NCBI GenBank assembly: GCA_951406725.2
Contig: OX597814.1
Coordinates: 46,500,001 to 46,564,000, forward strand
DNA from: Octopus vulgaris
Lineage: Eukaryota
DNA: 64,000 nt
Direction: 5' to 3'
The translations under genes and the position numbers were made by a program. Under the pieces are notes generated by a model. It did no database searches. It saw only the letters and a list, made by a program, of their open reading frames with translations, and had not been told where the DNA came from. The stretch's first letter is position 1. Every line of letters begins with the position of its first letter. This document shows positions 16,570 through 64,000 of the stretch, piece after piece.

Positions 16570-16771
16570 TAATCGATGTACGTGTGATCTTTCTTTATTT
16601 TTCCCTCTATACCTACGTGAATTATTTTTGAGTATACCTTGTCTGGGAGACTTTTCTTATAGTAGAGGAAATAGCTAAAATTTTTTGGCTGCTATTTCTA
16701 AAAGTTCAGTGTGTGGTAAAGTAAATTTTTTTACTGAACCCTAATTATATAATATAAAATATATATATATA

Positions 16772-16807
<36 letters not shown>

Positions 16808-17470
16808 CTTCTCTATTGATCTGGCAACCACTGGAATGAGGATACTGGACTGAGGACGATAATAAGACCAGGATATGTCAAGTGTTGTCACTATATACCA
16901 TAGAGCAGGTTGTTGTTCTCTGTGCTGCATTGCTTTTTTTTTTTTTTTTTTTTCCATTTCTAATTAATTCGGACTTTGGTTCATCAAACCAGTTTAAAAT
17001 TACTTTGATTTTGAATTAATTCACTTGATTTCATTTGCGATATTTAAGCATTTTCCATGTTTATCTCTTCTCTTTAAGGATACTGTCTTGATTAACTAAA
17101 ATGATTGCACTCCATTTTGTTAGCACTTAATTAACTCTATATCAATAACTCTATAATAAATAAGTTAGCTTTATTCAATGCTTCTGCAGTGTGATTAAAT
17201 GGGATGCTAAAAGTAGGGAACTAATAAGAAATTAGATATAGAGACAAAGTTAATGTGTGGAAACTTCAGATCACAGTTTGATTGAACAAAGGAAGTCCCA
17301 CATCACATTCTGTTTACTAGTTAGCTTAGGAAGGATGAAGTGGTGAGATAATGTTAAATGTGGCAGAAAATGAATAAGAAATATTGCAGGTTAGTCAGTA
17401 CATGGGAATGGGATCAATTTTGAGCAGCAACAAGTCAGCCTACCATATTTTCTCGTGTGTGTCTGTGTGT

Positions 17471-17830
17471 GGAGGCACAATGGCCCAGTGGTTAGAGCAG
17501 TGGACTCGCAGTTGTAAGATTGCAGTTTTGATTCCCAGAGTGGGCGTTGTGAGTGTTTATTGAGCAAAAACACCTAAAGTTCCACGAGGCTCCGGCAGGA
17601 GGTGGTGGCAAACCCTGCTGTACTCTTTCACCACAACTTTCTTTCACTCTTCCTTCCTGTTTCTGTTGTACCTGTATTGTCACACCTGTATCTCTCCAAG
17701 AACTACGTTAAGGGGTACAGTCTGTGGAGTGCTCAGCCACTTGCACATTAATTTCACGAGCAGGCTGTTCCGTTGATCGGATCAACTGGAACCCTCGTCA
17801 TCGTAACCGACGAAGTGCCATGATGATGAT
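17471..17830 (+). mobile_element. tRNA(Arg)-like SINE (resembles octopus OR-type SINEs)
   Basis: A-box TGGCCCAGTGG, anticodon-arm-like GGACTCGCA, B-box-like GTTTTGATTCC; second copy on - at 52157-52515. Confidence 0.75.
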
Positions 17831-17847
17831 CATCATCGTTTAACTTT

Positions 17848-18701
17848 TGGGTTTCAGTTTTTAATAACTTCCTTAACTTTACAAATAAATGCATGAAATT
17901 TTGATCCAATACAAAGGACATAATGGAAATTAATATGCACAAGTCAAATTTTGCAACACAACTACATCATATACGAAAAATGACATCGCTTAAATAGCAG
18001 CCATTTTCAGATTTACATGCCCGTGCTCTTTCCAAAGCTTTCACCATAACACCCTCAAGAGTTTCAGACCCCACTTCTCTGATTTCTCTATTGATGTTCT
18101 CCTTCAGTTGAACCAAGGTATCCAGTTTGTTAACATAAACCCACTCTTTCAGGTATCCCCCACAAGAAAAAATCCTGGCTAGTCAAGTCTGGAGACTGTG
18201 AAGGCCAGTTGTCATTGCTGTAGTGGGAGATTATTCTCTTTCCAAAGCACTGCTATAGTAACTGCATTGTTTCCTTTGCAGTATGAGCAGTTGCCCCATC
18301 TTGCTGGAACCATGTGTGAGGTCTGCTTTGAATGGCCTTCATGTTCTCCAGACTTGACTAGCCCAGATTTTTTCTTGTGGGGATACCTGAAAGAGAGGGT
18401 TTATGTCAAGAAACCGGAGACCCTGGTGCATCAATAGAGAAATCAGAGAAGTGGGGGTCTGGAACTCTTGGCGGTGTTATGGTGCAAGTTTTGGAAAGAG
18501 CACAGGCATGCGAAAATGAAAATGGCTGCCATTTAAGCAATGTCATTTTTCATATGTGATGTAGTGGTGTTGCTAAATTTGACCTGTGCATATTAATTTC
18601 CATTATGTCCTTTATATGGTATTAAAATTTCATGCATTTATTTGTAAAGTTAAAGAAGTTATTAAAAATTGAAACCCATCAGTGACTTTTGGGACACCCT
18701 G
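17848..18701. mobile_element. Tc1/mariner-derived fold-back (non-autonomous) element
   Basis: ~350-bp inverted arms (17848-18207 vs 18333-18679); the right arm encodes WPSCSPDLTSPDFFLWGYLKERVY (Tc1/mariner C-terminal motif) and ends GGGACACCCTG. Confidence 0.8.
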
Positions 18702-18730
18702 TTATTAATATATATATATATATATATCAG

Positions 18731-18966
18731 CATCATCATCATCATCATCGTTTAACATCCGCTTTCCATGCTGGCATGGGTTGGACAGTTTGACTGAGGT
18801 CTGGCAAGCCAGTGGGCTGCACCAGGCTCCAATCTGATCTGTCAAGGTTACAGCTGGATGCCCTTCCTAACATCAACCACTCAGTGAGTGTAAAGGGTGC
18901 TTTTTACATGTCACCAGCATGGGAGCCAGTCAGGAGGCACTGGTATTGACCAAGGGGGCACTGGCA
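18731..18966 (-). mobile_element. RTE 3'-end / RTE-tailed SINE copy
   Basis: (CAT)n-CGTTTAACATCCGCTTTCCATGCTGGCATGGGTTGGAC...GGATGCCCTTCCTAA. Confidence 0.8.
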
Positions 18967-19149
18967 TATATATATATATATATATATATCTAGCACCCCA
19001 CCCAGCTCAAAACAATATCTGTGTATCGCAATTTCTGGTACACAGATATTGTTTTGCGCTGAGTTGGAGGTGCTAGATTCCCTTGTTCAAAAATATAAGG
19101 ACACAAATCATGTTGTATAGCCAGCTGGAGACAATGTCTCCTGGGGCTA

Positions 19150-19800
19150 AATTACATCAACATTTGTCCTAAACCAGGACTGCCATGTTATGTTGGCAAG
19201 CAATCTTTACTCCAAAGTACTGTTGCTGAATATCTCTCATTGTGAGATTTAAAAATAGTAATTTTCTCGTTAATTTGCAACGAAGCTTCCTTTTTTTTAT
19301 CAGATTCCAAGTCTCTCAACCATATGTGACAGTTGGTAGTATGCATTTATTTTATATTCATATTTTCAGACTCAGTGATAGTAGACTGGAAGATGAAGCT
19401 AGTTTGGCCAAAAAACTGCCACCCTAATCTAATTTTATACTTGATCTTTTCATTCAGTGGTGTTTCTGAGATGTGTTGACTGTAGTGGTTGACACTAGGT
19501 GATTATGATTTCAACAATGCATAAATTGCAATTCAATGTTGTACTATTAGTGATGCTTAAAATGTAATAATTCATCAGAAAGTCAGCTAAGCCAGCAATG
19601 TCTTCATGCATAAATTTCATGTTTATACATGTAGATGTATTGTTTTGTATGTATACAATTAGAGCATTCATTAAAATGTCTTCAAACAACTCGAGGTTTG
19701 TGTATTTGTTTGTTTTGAAATTTATTTGTTTTGCTAATGTGAGGAAAATGTCCAACTGATTGTTGACATCTTGTAAGGGTGTATTGAATTTATTGGCATA
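19150..19800 (-). mobile_element. Highly decayed RTE-like RT fragment
   Basis: Minus-strand translation gives KFMHEDIA (FADDI-like) and NKCILPTVTYG*ETW. Confidence 0.45.
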
Positions 19801-20857
19801 TTACAGGAAGCATTCGACCTTAATAGCCCACCTGTTGTAGTTTAATGTACATTTGAAAAACGTACTAGCATCTGTTTCCAACATATGAATTATTATTTCA
19901 AAATGTGTTAAATTTGAAATGTTGGAGTGGTGGAGGGATGGAAAGAAGGAAAACAGATTGTTAGTGCTGACCTAAAAACCACTTCGTAGTTCATATTCCA
20001 TCATCAGAACAGTGTTGAGTCTATAGCAGAGGCTCTTAAAACTTGATTGCTCAGTATTTGGAGGAGAGCTCAGTTCATCATTGTAAGTAGTGAAAGAACA
20101 TGTATTTCATACTTAGATGATTGTGTGTGTACGTGCACGTGAGTGCGTGCGTGGGTGTTGTCAATACGTACAAGTTTAAAAAACCACTAAATGTTATATT
20201 TTGAGTATTTGAAACTCTGGACAAATTATTTGTACAGAAGTACTTTGTTTACTTTAAGATGAATATAATATATTTTTGAATTTTACATTACATCTTACCT
20301 ATAATATATTTAATTTACAGCTAAGAAGTTGTGTGAACTTTTACCTTTAATCTGTACATAGTGATTTATAGTAGTTGATTTAAAGTGATGTATAAAGCTT
20401 ATGATCGAAATTAATTTAGTAAAGTGTCTTAGAAGTTAAAATTAATCAGAAGAATATGGTCTCTTGATATCATGATGATCATAACTTACTTTAAAATACT
20501 GATTTCTAATAAAGTAAAATTTATAATGATTATTTTGTTTGATGAATTTGAAATTTCCTTTCGTGATAAAAATTGATTGTATGAAGTTTATTTTAAATAT
20601 TTTTCTGAAAATACTTTCTTTACATGTATTTAATTTTTTTCTTTTTAAATGCAGTCCTTTTCTATTGTCATCCTTGTATCTTTATTGTTTAGTTTTATAG
20701 ATACATTTTCTCATATTTTACAAATATAATCTTTATCTATTTTCTCCTTTGTGAATTATAGTCAACATGATAACAAATTAGAAAGTATTTCCCTTGTTAT
20801 TGTTTATTTAGTTATTGTAAAACAATAGTTTATTGAATAACTGTTGTACATATCTTC

Positions 20858-21490
20858 ACCATCATCATCGTCATTATCATTTTCACATCTATTTTCCACA
20901 CTTGCATATGATGGGTAGTTTCTCTTCAGTATTGTGTTTCACCACTTGTTACTATCATCTGACATCTCCTTTGTCATATTCAGTATCCCAACATCAGATT
21001 TCATCTCTTCTGCCCATGTTTTTCTTGGTCTTCCTTCCACTAGGATCTCTCAACACTTATCCAACTGTTATAATCCACACACATTATGTAACTATACTAC
21101 TGTGGTCATACTTCTTGCTTACTACATCTCATTCCTCTTATACACAGTTTTTCCTCTCAGTACCATATTACTTAGGTGCACTAACATCACATATCAAACA
21201 TCCTGTGAAGCAAGCTTACTTCATGTCTCTCCTGCATTTGTACATCCACTGCATTCAATGCCCACATCTCACAACATGCAATGTTGCACTTCATAAACAA
21301 GCATAATACAATCATCATTCATTCAAATACTCAAATAGACAGAATCCCTTTGTCACCAGTAGAGCTACTAGCTCCCTGAACTTTCACCACTCTTTTTTTT
21401 ATTATGTTTACTATGCTTCCATATCACTGTCCTCCACTGCTGATTACATTGCCCAGGTTACAGAAGCTATCAAGTGCATCTATAAAGCAC
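20858..21490 (-). mobile_element. Decayed RTE LINE 3' fragment
   Basis: (CAT)n tail followed by sequence colinear with the RTE copies at 27 kb and 37 kb. Confidence 0.55.
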
Positions 21491-21505
21491 TGCTAATTAT
21501 TCCTG

Positions 21506-21507
<2 letters not shown>

Positions 21508-21590
<83 letters not shown>

Positions 21591-21615
21591 CCTCTCCTCC
21601 CTCCCTCCCTCCCTC
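21508..21615. repeat. (CT)n microsatellite
   Basis: Direct reading. Confidence 0.95.
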
Positions 21616-22441
21616 CTTTCTCCACCCCTACACACTTTTTCCATTGTTTCATGTTTGTTATTAGAATTCTATTGTTTGTTTCAATTGCTGTGGAAGATCA
21701 TAAGATTGGTGGGTCACTGTGTTAGCAATGATTGCTTTCCTTTGAATGAAAGTTGCTTAGATGTTAATTGTAGATCTTATGAACACCCACCCTCACTTAT
21801 AATGTTTTTGCAAGGAATCTTGTTAACTGAACTGCAGTTTCCTAAAGACAACTATTATAGTGGAACGATAACTTGTTAAATCATATCCTCATTAAGTTGA
21901 CATGTTCTCATTTCTATGTCATGCTCAAAAGCAATATGCCATCATAGAACTGCATGAGAAACAATGCATGGCCAAACATGCCAGAGCTGATGATCATACT
22001 CTCCAGATTTTTCTGCTAATTAAATAGTAAAATATATTTTGTTATATTTTGGGATGGTTTTTGTTTTTTTGTTTTGTTTTGTTTTGTTTTTGCTTTGTAA
22101 ATACAGCAGTGAGAAAAATTATGCTAATAGAAAACTGAATAAGCAAAGAAGTCAAAAAGCCAATTGTTGAAACCAGTTCCATTTCTTCTGCCTTTTCAGG
22201 AAACCAGCAGGTTGTACCATCTGTTGATCAACCTGAAATCATTATTACTACTTACTTTGCTCCAGAGATTAATAAAACTGTATATCATTTCTCAAACATA
22301 AATGTTTTTCTTATTTGAAAATTAGGGTCAATCATCAGGCTAACAGATACATATTTTAATTTATGGTAGTGAAATTTAGAGGTCTTGCACCAAAGTTTAG
22401 CGTTTAACAAAGACCTTCAATGTGTGTGTATGTGTCTAAAT

Positions 22442-22490
<49 letters not shown>

Positions 22491-24315
22491 TTGAGTATTT
22501 ATTAACCAATATTTTTTATTTTGATTTCTGTTGTTAGAATGATGTCAAATGCCCAAGTGATTTTTTTCTTTAAGCTAAGTAGCTTCAGGCAACCTTAAAC
22601 ACTAACACGGTCCTTCCTTCACTGTTAACTTAGTAAAATTAATATATCTCTCCTTTCTTTACTTTACCAAAGCTGTTAGAAAATGCAAATGCCTCAAATA
22701 TCAGGTGATTCAACAGCTATAAAATTCATAAAACTTGAATATCTGTATTCCAAATATTCTCTCTCTCTCTCTCTCTCTCCCTCCCTCTACATTTGTGTGT
22801 GTGTGTACTGTTGTTCAAAATTTACCAGTACTCCATAAGAATTCCAGTTAAACAGTTGAAGATTTTTTTGAAAGCATGGACAAGTCATAGTTCTTAATTT
22901 GCAATACTTGTAGGCTAAGCTTATTCTGTTTGTTTTCTTCAACCACCCATATTATTGACTGCTGTAGAAGTATTTATACCATCCAACCTCCTACAGTCTT
23001 CTCTCCACTTGGAATAAGATCCATATCCTCTACTTTCGTCTATTATTCGTAGCACCTGGACTCCCATACAATGATGGGTGTAGTTTACTGTTTCAAGGAT
23101 GAGAGGACTTACTATTTTTTTTATTTTTGTCACTGTCTTTCCATGTGAGGATAGCTCTCATATGGAAAACTACTGACATTTTTTTTTTATGTCTTCCATC
23201 TCCAAATTGGTTGTGTAAAATTTTCATGGTTGTCAGTGGTAGTATATAAAATATTTGCTGTTTTAAAACTTTTCTAGAATCAATGAGTTTGTAATGTTAT
23301 GAGTTAACTTATTATTTCACACTTTGTGCTTTATTTATCATTTGTTAAAAGCATTTTCTTGATGTGGCATTCAAAGGTACATGCTTCATTTACTGATGTC
23401 TTAATATATTTTTTGCATCTTCAATTCAATTTTGAAAGGAAGGATCCTTACAAGATCCTCACAATTAAGCTGGATGTAAATTTTCTATGATGTAAAAGAG
23501 ATACCTGAAATTAAATATATGACATCTAAATTAGAATTGATTGGAAATAAAAGATAGGTACTGAAAATAATTACTTGGTAATTATTTTACTTTTATATAG
23601 TTTTCTGTTTCTGAGCACTCAGTATAGTAGTCAGTTTGTAACAAGCATTTTCAGTTAATGTTTCAAAGCTTGTATCATAGATTTTTAGAAAATATATTAC
23701 CTAACAAATAGTTTTCCTTAAAATGCAGCATATGGAAAACATCTATATTTTCTGAAAATAACAGAATATCTAATAATATAAAAAGTTTTTAAAATTTTAA
23801 ACTGAAACAATGTGTCAACCAAATTTAAAATTCCTCTGAAAATGGAAATGTTTTAGACATTTGATATTAGTAGTATTTCCTTAAACATAAGTCTATTATA
23901 TCTTCATATTACAGTTGCTAAGGCATAGTTGGCAAAGTAATATCAAATTGTTTGGTTGTTTTTTTTTTTTTAGATCTGGTTATAGTAGTAGGTCAAATTA
24001 GATACTGAAGCCTCCGAGTTTACAGTGAGATTTAATATTTTACATGTTTTAACTTGCATGTGAGTAAAATTCATAAAACACTAATTTATGTGAGATTTTT
24101 GACATATGAACAGGAATTTCATTCTTTCAGCATGAAGTTAAATACAAAAAAATCCACTTTTTATTTTGGATTATTTAAAGATAAAGTATTATATTTACAT
24201 TGACTTATGTACTAATTTATATAAAATTACCTAATATATAATTTCATGAAATTGACTTGTATTTTTTTAATTTTGTATTCTTTTTATTTTTGTAGAATTC
24301 TGACATGGTTGCGGA

Positions 24316-62546
<38,231 letters not shown>

Positions 62547-63366
62547 TATTATCTCAAAAAATATTTTTCTTTCTAATCCAAACACTTGAAATGATCACCA
62601 GTTTCTTGAACAATTTCTTATTCATAAACTATAAATAAGTTTCAATCAATAACATAATCCATCACATGTGACTTAGTCTATTCAGTAATAAACAAGTGGC
62701 TTTTTTCCACCTCGTAATTGTAGCTGTAAAAATAATTTTGAGTACATAGTTAGTATATGTTGAAACTATTTTATAGATGTATCTGACATCTTTTTCTGTA
62801 ATTACATTGTTATTGTTGCCTCATAGCTCAGTCATCAATAGGAATTGGACAACAACATAAGTTGTTGTTCAATTCCTGTAGCTCCTTTCCATTCATTCCT
62901 GATATTTTATTTTCATGAAACATCAGAATTTTTACATGCACCTTATATGGTATGATTTTTGTACTGAGAAAGAAACCTTTTTTTTTTTTGTCACTGCAAC
63001 ATGTTCTTTTATTCTGTCATTTCTTGAAACATAACCAGCAAATTATCATTATATTCATTTCCATCATGAATAATACATTGTGTTACACCATTCTAACACA
63101 ATCTGTTATTTCTATAGCCTTTGGTTCTTGATGTAATTCATTATCTCAGCATTACTATCTCTCTATTACTTGATTCCAGCAAAGCAAAACATGTACCCAC
63201 ACCCAAATAGCTGAAAATTTTATTACCTTACCAGACCTAATTCTGTGCTGAGTTGATAAACTCCAAATAGTCAACACCTTGGTGTAACAACCAAGTCCAC
63301 CCTGTTCCATTCTGGCTGCCACTACACTTCTCATTTACATAGATAAGAATATATATATTTCTTTAC

Positions 63367-63563
63367 TACCCACAAGGGGCTAAACATAGAGGGGACAAAA
63401 ATGGATTAAGTTGATTACATCGACCCAGTGCGAAACTGGTACTTTATTTATCGACCCCGAGAGGATAAAAGGTAAAGTCGACCTCGGTGGAATTTGAACT
63501 CAGAACATAACGACAGACGAAATACGGCTAAGCATTTCGCCCGGCGTGCTAACGTTTCTGCCA
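63367..63563 (-). mobile_element. tRNA-headed SINE with a Nin/Meta-type core-like segment
   Basis: Minus strand: TGGCAGAAACGTTAGCACGCCGGG head, GAGTTCAAATTCC B-box, TTTATCCTCTCGGGGTCGATAAATAAAGTACCAG core. Confidence 0.7.
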
Positions 63564-64000
63564 TAGACATAACTTTCATACAAACTCTGCATTTCTAAGT
63601 ATGCAGTTCCTGATATGATACTGGACCTAAGGGTTACTCCCCAGTATCTAACTACATACTTCATAGCTTTACCTACATGATTTCACAACATCTTCACTAC
63701 TTTAATCATTGACAAACAGAAATATTACACCATTTAGTTCAGATATATAAAAATGTGAAACTAACTTAAAACTGTTATTTTGGATTAATTGCCAATAGAA
63801 TATGGATTCAAATCCTTTCAAATGTGATATTTCATAAGAAAAATATTGCCTCTCTGATTCAGTTCATATCTGTTAAGAAGATACTGAATTCCATTTTATT
63901 GTATTTTAATATAGTTTTAACAAATTTAAAAGATAAAAACTAGTAGTAATATTTGATAGTTAATTAAAAATAAAATATCTTTACAAGTAGTAGCCATATA

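Overview
AT-rich, microsatellite-laden animal genomic DNA; the repeat families ((GAT)n-tailed RTE LINEs/SINEs, tRNA-Arg-like SINEs, very long TA/CA tracts) suggest an octopus/cephalopod genome (inference). The only host gene is a + strand, 13-coding-exon GH20 beta-N-acetylhexosaminidase (HEXA/HEXB family, ~731 aa if the last exon is terminal) at 24316-62546, with unusual N- and C-terminal extensions. The rest is mobile DNA: a ~533-bp tandem array folded into a palindrome (1-3260), three Penelope-like (GIY-YIG) remnants, a CR1/L2-group LINE with an intact 1034-aa APE-RT ORF, many RTE copies, a decayed mariner, a Tc1-derived fold-back, MITEs and a Helitron. The main hidden signal is a set of type I hammerhead ribozyme motifs: one in nearly every complete unit of the tandem array (retrozyme-like), one behind each Penelope remnant, one solo, and two in a palindromic element carrying divergent tRNA-like Pol III promoters. 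Most long ORFs in the track are microsatellite artefacts.
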